A DNA stretch of 49,830 nt from a virus (Duplodnaviria; Caudoviricetes), in the IMG/VR virus record IMGVR_UViG_3300046832_000948, positions 1 through 49,830 of that record; one strand, 5' to 3'. This document shows positions 22,011-31,444 of the stretch, piece after piece. A program made the translations under genes and the position numbers. The notes under the pieces are model-generated. The model was not told the DNA's origin. It did not search any database and worked only from the letters and a program-made list of their open reading frames with translations. Position 1 is the first letter of the stretch. Each line of letters starts with the position of its first letter.

Positions 22011-22261
22011 TACGTCACCTTTACAACAAAACCAGATGGTTCGTTTATGTCAAATGTTGCAACACAAGTCTCATTGTTAAACTTACGGACAGCAGTTACA
22101 CGACGCAGCGACTCAACCGCGCCGACATCTATGTATTCATCATTACAATACGTTAAGTATGCATCTTCATCAGAAAATTCAATTCCTGATCCATCACTAA
22201 AATAAACCACCCAGACACCATCGGGTGTCAGTCCTGTAAACGTACATTCAATCTGCACCAT
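22010..22261 (-). CDS. Small acidic protein, cassette gene A2 (83 aa; probable paralog of 24619-24873)
   Basis: Same size and position as the 84-aa gene; P.G...[VI].F..G..I pattern, ATF near C-terminus; TAATG coupling on both sides. Confidence 0.7.
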   Translation of the reverse strand: MVQIECTFTGLTPDGVWVVYFSDGSGIEFSDEDAYLTYCNDEYIDVGAVESLRRVTAVRKFNNETCVATFDINEPSGFVVKVT

Positions 22262-23511
22262 TAGGAAGAACCTCCATCTGGGTTTACAGTCACATCCGCA
22301 GTATTACTTATAGTGCCTTCCCAAGCTGCTGTCGTATCATCTTCTTTGTATACAGCCATAGTCCCAGTATTAACCATCACTTTATTGCGCATGGCACGCA
22401 ATGCTGATCGTACAGTGCGTTCATTAAACACGTCTTCACTATTTCCACTGCTGTCAAGTAACCTATTTAGTAAACCGTCTGCTATTGCGCTTACTGCGTG
22501 TACGTGCGTAGGAAGAATAACAAATTCATCACCTGCTTGTGGAATACCACTAAACGCTTCCTCCATCGTAAATAACCCATTAGCTTGTGAGGATGTTAAA
22601 GATGGCTTTGATTCTCCAGCTAAATCACCGGTCAGGAACAATACTGTTTGATGGTCGTATGTACCATCCAAAGCAACAATGTTCGAACTAAACTCGGTTG
22701 GAGTTGGCGACACAGTTGCTGTCACAATGCCATCTACTACGTAATTACCTTTACGTAATGTGTCCATAATTGCGCCAAATGATCCAGCAACAAGATGTCC
22801 GGATGCAATCTCATCCCACACTGCATCAACAATGCCAGACACAGCATGGACATGAGTAGGCAATATTACAAACTCACTACCAATAGATGGCGGAGCATGA
22901 AGTGGTTCTTCAAGTGTAACTAAACCATTAGTTTGATTGTAGTCAATGATTGGTATTGATGTTCCAATGTGATTACCAGTAACAAATAATAGGCTCTGAT
23001 GATCTATAGATCCCGATTCATTTGTAAGGTTACTTGAGAATGTGTATATGGTTGGTGTTACAGTCGATGTAACAATGCCATCAGTTGTGTAGTTAGCTCT
23101 ACGTATTTGCTCAAGCGAGTGGCCCATGGTGTTTCCAGAGGTGTACTGATTACGAGCAGCTAACCATACTGCATCAGATACAGCGTCATATCTATTAGCA
23201 ATACTAAACTGAAACAACGGTGTAGTTACCGACTGCCCGTCAATAGTTGACCCTTCTAGAATAACAGTGTAGTCAGCACCTTCTACATAGAATACGTTAG
23301 TTGTATCTATAGATACGGAATAAACACCTGTGAGAGAGTTAAACTGAGCTGTAGTGATGCCAGACGTGTTTACAGACCCAGCGGTATTATCCTTGTAGCA
23401 CCTAACTGTACCTAGAGTTGTAGGTGCAATTGACGCGCCAGTAGATCCGGTTATGTTAAACATGTACCGGACAATTCGTCCATCGTGAAAGTCACCTATA
23501 TAAGGAATCAA
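22261..23511 (-). CDS. Structural protein, cassette gene C1 (416 aa) with two internal 116-aa repeats
   Basis: YIGDF N-terminus; DAVW...DGIVT.TV.PT...FSSN...DHQ..LF.TG...EFVILPTHVHA occurs twice, 348 nt apart. Confidence 0.75.
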   Translation of the reverse strand: MIPYIGDFHDGRIVRYMFNITGSTGASIAPTTLGTVRCYKDNTAGSVNTSGITTAQFNSLTGVYSVSIDTTNVFYVEGADYTVILEGSTIDGQSVTTPLFQFSIANRYDAVSDAVWLAARNQYTSGNTMGHSLEQIRRANYTTDGIVTSTVTPTIYTFSSNLTNESGSIDHQSLLFVTGNHIGTSIPIIDYNQTNGLVTLEEPLHAPPSIGSEFVILPTHVHAVSGIVDAVWDEIASGHLVAGSFGAIMDTLRKGNYVVDGIVTATVSPTPTEFSSNIVALDGTYDHQTVLFLTGDLAGESKPSLTSSQANGLFTMEEAFSGIPQAGDEFVILPTHVHAVSAIADGLLNRLLDSSGNSEDVFNERTVRSALRAMRNKVMVNTGTMAVYKEDDTTAAWEGTISNTADVTVNPDGGSS

Positions 23512-24626
23512 TTCACTAACCTCCCACCAACAAGTGGCCCACCACCAGATACTCCAGCAGGTGGAGCAACCGCATCATTAATTATCAATTTCCAAGCCAG
23601 TGTTCGTGCAGTAGTGTCAGTCCACGCACCAGTATTAATTCTTTCTGTGCGATGATGTAAACCACCTGTACCTACATACGCTCTAGCATATGTAGCATTA
23701 GCATAAGAAAAGTCTACAACTGCAGTTGCAGCAGTTGCACTAGTAGCTTTTATTGTTACTCGGTAGGTGCTTCCCGGAGTTAACGATGTTAATGTTGGTT
23801 CATCAAAATACAGAGTCCTTAGAAATGGGCTACCAGCACCTTGTCTTATTTCTAAAGCCGTAAAAGATTTACTTTGCAATACGTTATTGGACGAATCATA
23901 CAAAAGCATATCAAATGTAGCTGTTGCGTTTGCTGGTGTAAGCATACACTGAATACCAAGAACGGTAAATGATTGAGTCCACCCAGATGGCACTGTAAAT
24001 TTTACGCCATACTCATTTGGTGTTGACCCACTGCCAGTTCCATATGCAGCAATGGTTGATACACCAACTAACGGATTCCCGTAAGTCTGACTACTGCTAT
24101 TTGCCCAGTGAACAATTGTTTGAGCTTGATTGCTATCTGACCTAACTCCACTTTGCAGTGCAATCATTGTAGGAAAAGCTGTTGGTATCTGACCTACGTT
24201 TGAACTAATCGTACCTAATCCAACGTTATTGGTAGCATCGTAAGTTCCAGATTGGGCATATAACACAATGGCATATATTTGACCCCTAGTAACACTTACT
24301 GTTCCGTTTGCCGTGATACTTAATGTTAATCCAGTGAAATTAGGAAAGTTAGTAGCATTGCCAATATAGTCTGTGTAACCCAACCATGTGCCAGTTATAT
24401 TCCCAGTTGCATCAACAGTCTGTATACCAACTCGAACAACTGGATTTCCTGCGTTTGTACCACGCGAGTCAAAATAAAAACCCACTTCAGTAATTACAGC
24501 GTCTTCGTCAGCCTGTCTAATAAAAGCTATGTAATCACCAAGTAGATTTAAACGCCTAGCTCCCGGACTACCTGAACCAATAGGTTGTGGCAAATTCCAA
24601 GGCCACATAATATCTACTCTAGCCAC
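23508..24626 (-). CDS. Two-domain beta-sandwich putative receptor/glycan-binding protein, cassette gene B1 (372 aa)
   Basis: Paralogous motifs with 20916-22010; T/G/S-rich beta composition. Confidence 0.7.
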   Translation of the reverse strand: MARVDIMWPWNLPQPIGSGSPGARRLNLLGDYIAFIRQADEDAVITEVGFYFDSRGTNAGNPVVRVGIQTVDATGNITGTWLGYTDYIGNATNFPNFTGLTLSITANGTVSVTRGQIYAIVLYAQSGTYDATNNVGLGTISSNVGQIPTAFPTMIALQSGVRSDSNQAQTIVHWANSSSQTYGNPLVGVSTIAAYGTGSGSTPNEYGVKFTVPSGWTQSFTVLGIQCMLTPANATATFDMLLYDSSNNVLQSKSFTALEIRQGAGSPFLRTLYFDEPTLTSLTPGSTYRVTIKATSATAATAVVDFSYANATYARAYVGTGGLHHRTERINTGAWTDTTARTLAWKLIINDAVAPPAGVSGGGPLVGGRLVN

Positions 24627-24873
24627 TTTTAGTTATCCATGCATTACTTGGAGCTGCGGAGTTAAAAGTAGCTGTAGTCATTGCGTTATTTGTAAAATAC
24701 TCGTTTACGATTAATGCCCTCATTAATGCTGTTGAGTAATTGGTAAACGCAATATCTATCTCGCTCACCCATTGTTGTTGTGACAATGTAATTGGTGCTC
24801 CTGATGTAAACTCAATAGTGTAGTCACCGTTGGGTTCTTGAGTTACATTTAGTATTCCTAAAAAATCAATCAC
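24619..24873 (-). CDS. Small protein, cassette gene A1 (84 aa)
   Basis: Overlapping start/stop with neighbours; similarity to 22010-22261. Confidence 0.7.
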   Translation of the reverse strand: MIDFLGILNVTQEPNGDYTIEFTSGAPITLSQQQWVSEIDIAFTNYSTALMRALIVNEYFTNNAMTTATFNSAAPSNAWITKSG

Positions 24874-25154
24874 GGACTTACCTTCTTAAGTGCACTCTCA
24901 ATCAATGCATTGAAAGTTTGAACTGTACGCAATCCCAATGTACCTAGTAAAAAAGAAAGCCCAATCATCTGGTGAGGTTGATCCCAACCAAGTTGATTTG
25001 CTACCAGTGGAGTCAAGTAGATTGCAGACGCAGTACCTGACAACACTGTTATAATTCCTTGCATAATTGTTTTAATTTTAGGCCAGTCTGTACCTATAAT
25101 TGCGCCAATAAAACCTGCTAGTAATTGGCTCCAGTCAATATGCAATTTATCCAT
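24870..25154 (-). CDS. Putative holin (94 aa, ~3 transmembrane segments)
   Basis: LLAGFIGAIIG, IITVLSGTASAIYLTPLV and IGLSFLLGTLGL hydrophobic segments; start re-assigned to ATG 25154 (GAGGG SD). Confidence 0.7.
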   Translation of the reverse strand: MDKLHIDWSQLLAGFIGAIIGTDWPKIKTIMQGIITVLSGTASAIYLTPLVANQLGWDQPHQMIGLSFLLGTLGLRTVQTFNALIESALKKVSP

Positions 25155-25443
25155 CGATGTCCCTCGTCGTTTCACTGACTTTTCTCACCTCCGGTAGTTT
25201 AGTTGAAAACACTGGTAGGTTGCTATCTTGTCGCATGAAGAAGGCAATCAACGCAGTTGTCATAGCCGGTATACCAGCCCTGATGCCTTCTATGCTACAC
25301 AATAATAAACTGCGTGTCACCATGCCAAATGACGCATTCTCTGGAACGTGCATTGCCTTCCATGCCGAATCAAACTCAGGAGCAGCTGATGCAACAAACG
25401 CACCAAGTGCCAAAAGGATTAATCTGCCCCATGCAATATTCAT
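25147..25443 (-). CDS. Small membrane protein, holin/antiholin-like (98 aa)
   Basis: Hydrophobic N-terminal and central segments, charged C-terminus; GGAGG SD. Confidence 0.55.
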   Translation of the reverse strand: MNIAWGRLILLALGAFVASAAPEFDSAWKAMHVPENASFGMVTRSLLLCSIEGIRAGIPAMTTALIAFFMRQDSNLPVFSTKLPEVRKVSETTRDIDG

Positions 25444-26141
25444 TACTTTCCTCCTGCTTGTGCAACTGGCGGAACAGAAAAAATACCGTTAGGCCCTTTA
25501 TATGATGGATCAAGTCTAGTCCATAATTGAATGCGCACTTGATCGTACCAATCCCCCCAGAATGCCCTGCCAACAATAGAGGGGTCATCGTAGTTCTTTA
25601 ATGCTATTTTACGAGCTGCATAACATGGCAACGCTTGCATCAATAAATCGTCACTAATAAATGAAAATGTTCCTGCTCCCGCAGTTATAGCAGTCGGTAG
25701 TCCAGCTCCACGTGCAGTAAAAGCAATTGATGTAGACGGAACGGGATAGAAGCCTAAATTGCTATAACCAGCTTCATACCAATAAGTTGGCTCACCAGCT
25801 GTGGTCGTGTAACTTAAATCATAAGATCGCAATTCATTTTCACCACAGTGAATAATAGGTGCGGTTGCACTATTAATATGTACTGTTATTGGAAATGCTA
25901 ATACAGAAGCACTAAAGTCATATGTGCGCCCAGTGTGTGATGCCACAGTCAAAGTAGTTGGCAAGTAAACACACGTTCTGCAAAGTTCAAAAGCTGCATC
26001 GTTTAGATACTGTAAAATCACATCATTGCTAGATGTTGTGACACCGCCAACGCCATCTGGTAGTTCTGCAATCACAGAATCAAAAGGTTCGTTTAATAAC
26101 CTGAGAGTTTCATTTTTAAGATCAACAAAACCTTTTGCCAT
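25443..26141 (-). CDS. Head-tail adaptor / tail ring protein 2 (232 aa)
   Basis: F.DLK....RLL.E...ILQYLNDA..ELC and GEPTYWY....LGFYPVP pattern of podovirus adaptors. Confidence 0.7.
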   Translation of the reverse strand: MAKGFVDLKNETLRLLNEPFDSVIAELPDGVGGVTTSSNDVILQYLNDAAFELCRTCVYLPTTLTVASHTGRTYDFSASVLAFPITVHINSATAPIIHCGENELRSYDLSYTTTAGEPTYWYEAGYSNLGFYPVPSTSIAFTARGAGLPTAITAGAGTFSFISDDLLMQALPCYAARKIALKNYDDPSIVGRAFWGDWYDQVRIQLWTRLDPSYKGPNGIFSVPPVAQAGGK

Positions 26142-26788
26142 TACCGTGTCCTTCTAGCGTAAATGCTTGCGTAATTGTCAACCATTGCAAGGCGTTGTAG
26201 GTACTCTGGCTTAAATATTTGCATTGCATTAGCATCGCCCATTTGCATACCACGAGCTTGCAATACAGCATAAACTAAACAATCATGTGCAACTTCCGGT
26301 AAAGGACATTCAGTTGCATCAGTATTAGGTAATGGAGTTCCAGCTGAATCATATGCCCAGTTATCACCGGGTTGTGCATAACCTTCAATCAGAAGGCCAT
26401 TTGTAAGAGTAGCGTTTACAGCTGGGTAAACGCTTATATTATTCATCCCTCTCAATACAACTATCTCAGGACGATCACTACTTGGTAGATTTCGCCATGA
26501 ATCAATATATTGATTACTAAAGTCAAATAATCTAGTTGATTGATACTCGTTTAATGTGTCTAAAACTTTAATGACTTTAATCCTGTAGATATCTGGTGCG
26601 CAGTAGTCATTAACATCTACAGTTAAATCTAAATACCTACGGCCAACCAGACAGTCCGTTTGTCGGGCTATCTGGTTGGCCTGTTCTAGAATTAGATAGT
26701 CTAGGCCAAATGGATCACGGTCTGCGTCAGTGCCAAAGTAGTTCCTACCTAGCATCCTAACATTGCGTTTAATTTGGCCTAGATTCAT
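26141..26788 (-). CDS. Head-tail adaptor / tail ring protein 1 (215 aa)
   Basis: MNLGQIKRNVR...LI.E...QIAR.T.CL, ISVYP and PLPE.AHDCLVY adaptor-like motifs; follows capsid genes. Confidence 0.7.
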   Translation of the reverse strand: MNLGQIKRNVRMLGRNYFGTDADRDPFGLDYLILEQANQIARQTDCLVGRRYLDLTVDVNDYCAPDIYRIKVIKVLDTLNEYQSTRLFDFSNQYIDSWRNLPSSDRPEIVVLRGMNNISVYPAVNATLTNGLLIEGYAQPGDNWAYDSAGTPLPNTDATECPLPEVAHDCLVYAVLQARGMQMGDANAMQIFKPEYLQRLAMVDNYASIYARRTR

Positions 26789-26790
26789 AT

Positions 26791-27339
26791 CTAGAGTACT
26801 CCCTCACGTCCATTCTGGATGTGCATGCGAGTGATGTTAATAGTTGCTCCACTTCGTGCAGTCGCACTTACAACGCGGAGTCGTAAGAACTTTGCATATG
26901 ACTGAAGTGGAAGAACAATCATGTCATCACCTGTAGCTGCAGCAGCAGTATAGGTATTCTGTGCTAACAATGTACTTGCGGATGGAGTAAATCCTGTTGT
27001 GTCAGATCCGTGTAATTCAACAAGAACCGTGTCAGCAGCAGTTAAACCAGTATGGTTAAACGCCACATTGACATATAAAGGATTAAGAATTTGGCCACGC
27101 ACATAATCAGCTGCAGTCACGGATCCATCGTTATTGGAATCCATTACCGCACCACTAACACCGTTCATGACCAACCCGCCGTAATTAAGTTCTACGGAGC
27201 TACCAGCAACGTTAGGTCCAGTAGTGGTACCGTTCATTGCAAGGGTAACAACACCATTTGCAGATGCCGTAGAAATCAGATACTGCGTAGCACCTGCAGT
27301 TGCGGTTGCGTAAGCAAATGTAAGTTTTGCGTCTCTCAT
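26791..27339 (-). CDS. Capsid cement / decoration protein (BPP-1 Bbp16-like), 182 aa
   Basis: M.DA.L.F N-terminus, PLYVNV, VEL.GSD...F and KFLRLRV jelly-roll pattern; immediately after MCP with GGAGG SD. Confidence 0.65.
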   Translation of the reverse strand: MRDAKLTFAYATATAGATQYLISTASANGVVTLAMNGTTTGPNVAGSSVELNYGGLVMNGVSGAVMDSNNDGSVTAADYVRGQILNPLYVNVAFNHTGLTAADTVLVELHGSDTTGFTPSASTLLAQNTYTAAAATGDDMIVLPLQSYAKFLRLRVVSATARSGATINITRMHIQNGREGVL

Positions 27340-27350
27340 ATCAATCCTCC

Positions 27351-28364
27351 TTAGTTAGTTGCCAACCGCAGGCGTCCGATTGAGCGAGTGTTTGGCATCC
27401 AGAGACCCATACCCCAGTCAAACAGAACATTGTGCATAATTCCGTTTTCCTTGGACTTACCTAAGTATTCAGGCTTAAATGGACCAGACTGCCAACCCTG
27501 TACATAACCAGTGCCATAGCGTACAGCATATATGTCAGCAAAGTTTGAAGGAGCAGTAATGACAGGAGTTGTTCCGTCTAACTTACGTCCTACAGTGCGG
27601 ATCTTAGCACCTTTATATGTATCAACCGAGCGGTCAAATGCATCATTATCGGTGTTAAAACCAGTACCAGCTCCAAGTTGTCGGAGTACAAATTCAAACC
27701 GACGCTTGGTATCTTCATTCATGTATAGGACAACGCCAGATCCATCAGGGGAGTTTAAGTTGTCAAATAATTCCTGAAGTGCAGATACAGTTCCGTTAGC
27801 TTCAAGAGCGTTGTAGGAACTTGTTGTGTCAAGAGATGCAACAGTCGATGCTGGTGCAACAAGACAGTCCGTTGGAATATCGTAGTCAGCGCGATGCTCT
27901 AAACGATATTTAAGTCCAGGGAAACAGTCTGGGCTGTTTCCAGCTGTAACAGATGTTGGGTCGTTGTTAATGAACTTGTCATTAAAATCATATGCAAAAC
28001 CCTCCATAAAAATCTTGATCTGTGCTTCAACTGGATCAATGATGTTATTTGGCTGGTCAAGCAAACGAGAGTCAACAGTAATCTTATTGCGAATAAGATA
28101 CATCTGCTCTTCGTACGACTTTGGCTTACCCTTAATTGCGTTTGGCTCACCGTTAATGGATGACCAAGTTGGCGTCGGGATCGTGCCAGCTTCGTTCGTA
28201 TAGCGTACACCGATCTGCCGTAAGGAAGGCGATGTATAGAAAGGGATGTCCTTGATTGCGTTCCATGTCTGGTGCAGGGACATGGTGATTTCTTTTACAA
28301 GAGGATCATTTGAAAGGACAGCTTGATCTGCGAGTGTAAGTGCACCGTTAAAATCGATAGCCAT
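27351..28364 (-). CDS. Major capsid protein (HK97 fold, BPP-1/epsilon15-like), 337 aa
   Basis: ALTLAD...I...L.....I..IPF, F.GLKYRL and IYAVRYG motifs; position after scaffold; AGGAG SD. Confidence 0.88.
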   Translation of the reverse strand: MAIDFNGALTLADQAVLSNDPLVKEITMSLHQTWNAIKDIPFYTSPSLRQIGVRYTNEAGTIPTPTWSSINGEPNAIKGKPKSYEEQMYLIRNKITVDSRLLDQPNNIIDPVEAQIKIFMEGFAYDFNDKFINNDPTSVTAGNSPDCFPGLKYRLEHRADYDIPTDCLVAPASTVASLDTTSSYNALEANGTVSALQELFDNLNSPDGSGVVLYMNEDTKRRFEFVLRQLGAGTGFNTDNDAFDRSVDTYKGAKIRTVGRKLDGTTPVITAPSNFADIYAVRYGTGYVQGWQSGPFKPEYLGKSKENGIMHNVLFDWGMGLWMPNTRSIGRLRLATN

Positions 28365-28373
28365 TGGTTACTC

Positions 28374-29234
28374 CTAACGCCCAATACCAAGCAATCGCGT
28401 TATTCCTGATAACGCATTTCGCTGTGGTTGCTGGGGCTGTACTACAGGTTGCGCTGATGCGCTTGTGTCAATTGGTGTCGGAACGGAACGACGTTCTGTA
28501 ACCATATCAAGCAATTCTGGTACTAATGATTCAACTAAACCCTGAACTTGATTATGAACAGCTTTAGCTGCTTCAGAAGGACTAATACCTGAACTGATTA
28601 ATTGTTCAACAACATCTTCGGCCCGACGTGCATATGGAAATTGTTCATATGCCTCTACGCGTTGCTGAGAAATCATATAGTTGTTCATCTGCGAAACGAC
28701 TTGGTCGTATCTGAACTTATTGATTTCTGCTTCTGCGTAGGCACTTGCAGCTTCAGGGTCAAAGTATTCGGTGTTGACTTTCTGTTGCCAACGATCACGA
28801 ATGCCCTGTTCCTGCCTAGCAATTTCCTGCTGCTGTAATGCTTTTTGGACATCAGCTGCAGATTTGAAACCGCTACTTTCAAATTGAGTTATGACATCGC
28901 GCCATTTGTCTAATGCTTCTTGTTGTTGACGTAAAGCCTTAGCTTCCTCGTTAACTTCTCGAAATCGATCATATGGAACGTTTGCTGGTTTTTCCGGAGC
29001 TACCGTATCCAGCAGTTTTTGCCTTACTCTTGTTTCTACATCAGTTTGTTCGTAAACATCTGTGTAATCATTATCGTGGTCACCTGATTGAAAAACGGGT
29101 TCATTATTTAACGCCTCGAACCCATCGTTGTCAGGGACGGCGCTTTCCCTAACAAAGTCCATCAATGCTCCACCCGCACTGCCCGGTGCCGCTGCTGGCG
29201 AATCAGCGGTTCGTGTCACCATCTCTTCGGACAT
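28374..29234 (-). CDS. Capsid scaffolding protein (286 aa)
   Basis: Acidic N-terminus, VPYDRFREVNEE motif, coiled coil; between portal and MCP. Confidence 0.8.
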   Translation of the reverse strand: MSEEMVTRTADSPAAAPGSAGGALMDFVRESAVPDNDGFEALNNEPVFQSGDHDNDYTDVYEQTDVETRVRQKLLDTVAPEKPANVPYDRFREVNEEAKALRQQQEALDKWRDVITQFESSGFKSAADVQKALQQQEIARQEQGIRDRWQQKVNTEYFDPEAASAYAEAEINKFRYDQVVSQMNNYMISQQRVEAYEQFPYARRAEDVVEQLISSGISPSEAAKAVHNQVQGLVESLVPELLDMVTERRSVPTPIDTSASAQPVVQPQQPQRNALSGITRLLGIGR

Positions 29235-31442
29235 TTACATCATACCTTCTTGTTCTGAATTATTGCCAGCTTCTTCATCTGGCTGCATGGTTTGCATTAT
29301 TTTCTGCTTACCAAGATCTGTTATGGCACCATCCTCATTTGCTGCTGCCATAATTCCTGCCTTTGCAGACTCAAGAGCAATATCTGCTTCCAGTTGAGCC
29401 TGTATTTCGGCAGTGCGTTTTTGTATTTCAATCTGTGCTTTAATTTGTTCTTGCTCAGGATTGAACATCTTTCCAGCATTCTGTTGTGCTGATTGTTGTT
29501 GCATCATTTCCATTTGCTGAGCTTGCATAGCCTGTTGCTTTTGCATCTGCCCATCAAGGTGCTGATAAATCCTAGATGCATGAGGCATGTTGGTTAATTC
29601 AATAAACAACCTATTTGTATCAGGATCCATTGGATCTCCAAAGACACCCATCTGCCTTAATGCAGCCATCTTTTGCAACCGTTGATCTGGCCCATCTTCC
29701 ATTGAAGATCCCGGCACATACACAATTCGATATTGACCACCAGACTTCAATGCATCAAAACGCATAACACCTTGAGCAATCTGATCTTGTGGAAGCATCT
29801 TTCCTTGCACGTTTCCGACAAATGGAACGATGCCGAATTGTTCAATAAGAGATACTTCCCACTCTTTAATTTTTGCAGCACTAATTTCAATGTCCGCACG
29901 GATGTAACTATGCTGCGTATTGTCACTTCTCTGTAATAGTCTCACAGCCTCTGCAGGAGTTCCAGCTGCAGCTTGACCTTGAGATACGTCATGTAAACCA
30001 GCAATGTCCATCATGTCACGTTCAATAAATTGCAACAGTGGAAATAGATCAGATCCAATACCCGGCGCCCGTTGAATTGTAGGTGGATGACTACCACGCA
30101 TATAGTTGATACGTCGATAGATGCGGTTTTTGTCATCAATGTCATCACCGCTGTTGTCGTATGCGTCGGCTCCGACACCACTTAAGTTTTCGACTAAAAT
30201 GTAATCTTTTTGTCCCTCAAATTGCTCAAGCAATCTGGAGTACACACGATTGTATGTACTTTGCAAAGCACATAAGTCAAACCCTAATGAATAGCCATAC
30301 GGTGTACCAGAACGTGGTTGCCACCTAAGTGGAATAAACGGAAATGAGTCTTTCTTCTTGTATGGCCATGTTCCAGCATAAAGCAAACAACTGTTTGTTG
30401 AGACAATATAACGTCCATCCGGATACAGAGCAGATGGCTTTTCCCAATATTCATATACAACAGCAGCCATCTTTTTAGTATCTTGATTATTCATGTGTGA
30501 CGTAGATGGTTGAACCCAGCCACGCCCTGAACCATTTGAACCGTGAAGATAACTATCTACATATCCACTATTTGTTCCAGATAGCGCATCTGGTTTTACG
30601 GCTTTACCGACGTCTCCGTAAGAATCTACGAACCAAGACAACGGCTTTACCATTGCGTGAATCATCCAACGGACATCATCGTCTCGTTTTGCAGAAGGAT
30701 CTAAATACACGTCAAACGCTGGTAGGATCTGTTCGACTACATCACCAACACGCATCTTCGTATGGCCAATAACTGATGTGCCAGTTGCATCCATTTGAGG
30801 AACTACTTGTTCACGATTGTTATCCCAGAAAAGTTTTACGTAAGAGGTGCCACAAACGCATGCCCATCGCACACGTTCTTTAGTTTGTGTTTCGCGGTCA
30901 TACTTGCGGTTATAGTGACTCAACAGAAAGTTAGCTTCGTCAGATGCAGCTAGATCTACAGGGTTGTGACTGATCGGAACAGCAGTTACATCTGGCGAAC
31001 ACTGGGTTAATTTTCCTACAACTCCATCAACAAGAGGACGTATCTTATTGACAGTCATGTATCTATTAGGTTCTTTGTCGTTCTGTATAGATACTAGGTT
31101 TCTTGTCTCACTATTGATCCTAAACCACTGGCGCCCTTCAAAAAATGCAGTGGCCATAATCCACTCTAGTTCCATTTCTTGACGCGCTCTGTAAGCAAGA
31201 TCAAATTGTTCTTTGACGAATGTTGTAATCTTGCGAGCTTCTTCAGGCTGTTCTTTTGGAGACACCTTCCAATCTTTATTATTTAGATCTAGTTTAAGGT
31301 TGTCTTTTTCCGTCTTCTCTAATGACTTGGAATCAAATGAGCCTATCGTTCCTGTTGACGGATTTTTCTGATAAGCAGTAACTTTTGGCTGCTTGTTTGC
31401 GCCACCCATGAGGCTATTTAGTACCATGTCTTGAAGGCTCAT
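29235..31442 (-). CDS. Portal protein (P22-like), 735 aa
   Basis: AFFEGRQW, VNKIRPLVDGVVGKL, DVYLDPSA, LQSTYNR, DIAGLHDVSQG and Q/M-rich C-terminal barrel; start re-assigned to ATG 31442. Confidence 0.9.
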   Translation of the reverse strand: MSLQDMVLNSLMGGANKQPKVTAYQKNPSTGTIGSFDSKSLEKTEKDNLKLDLNNKDWKVSPKEQPEEARKITTFVKEQFDLAYRARQEMELEWIMATAFFEGRQWFRINSETRNLVSIQNDKEPNRYMTVNKIRPLVDGVVGKLTQCSPDVTAVPISHNPVDLAASDEANFLLSHYNRKYDRETQTKERVRWACVCGTSYVKLFWDNNREQVVPQMDATGTSVIGHTKMRVGDVVEQILPAFDVYLDPSAKRDDDVRWMIHAMVKPLSWFVDSYGDVGKAVKPDALSGTNSGYVDSYLHGSNGSGRGWVQPSTSHMNNQDTKKMAAVVYEYWEKPSALYPDGRYIVSTNSCLLYAGTWPYKKKDSFPFIPLRWQPRSGTPYGYSLGFDLCALQSTYNRVYSRLLEQFEGQKDYILVENLSGVGADAYDNSGDDIDDKNRIYRRINYMRGSHPPTIQRAPGIGSDLFPLLQFIERDMMDIAGLHDVSQGQAAAGTPAEAVRLLQRSDNTQHSYIRADIEISAAKIKEWEVSLIEQFGIVPFVGNVQGKMLPQDQIAQGVMRFDALKSGGQYRIVYVPGSSMEDGPDQRLQKMAALRQMGVFGDPMDPDTNRLFIELTNMPHASRIYQHLDGQMQKQQAMQAQQMEMMQQQSAQQNAGKMFNPEQEQIKAQIEIQKRTAEIQAQLEADIALESAKAGIMAAANEDGAITDLGKQKIMQTMQPDEEAGNNSEQEGMM

Positions 31443-31444
31443 AT

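Noticed and set aside
20101-24873. Diversity-generating retroelement or invertible fibre switch, suggested by BPP-1-like capsid and duplicated genes
   Set aside because: No reverse transcriptase or invertase in the window; copies are same-orientation and diverged throughout, not adenine-specific TR/VR pairs.
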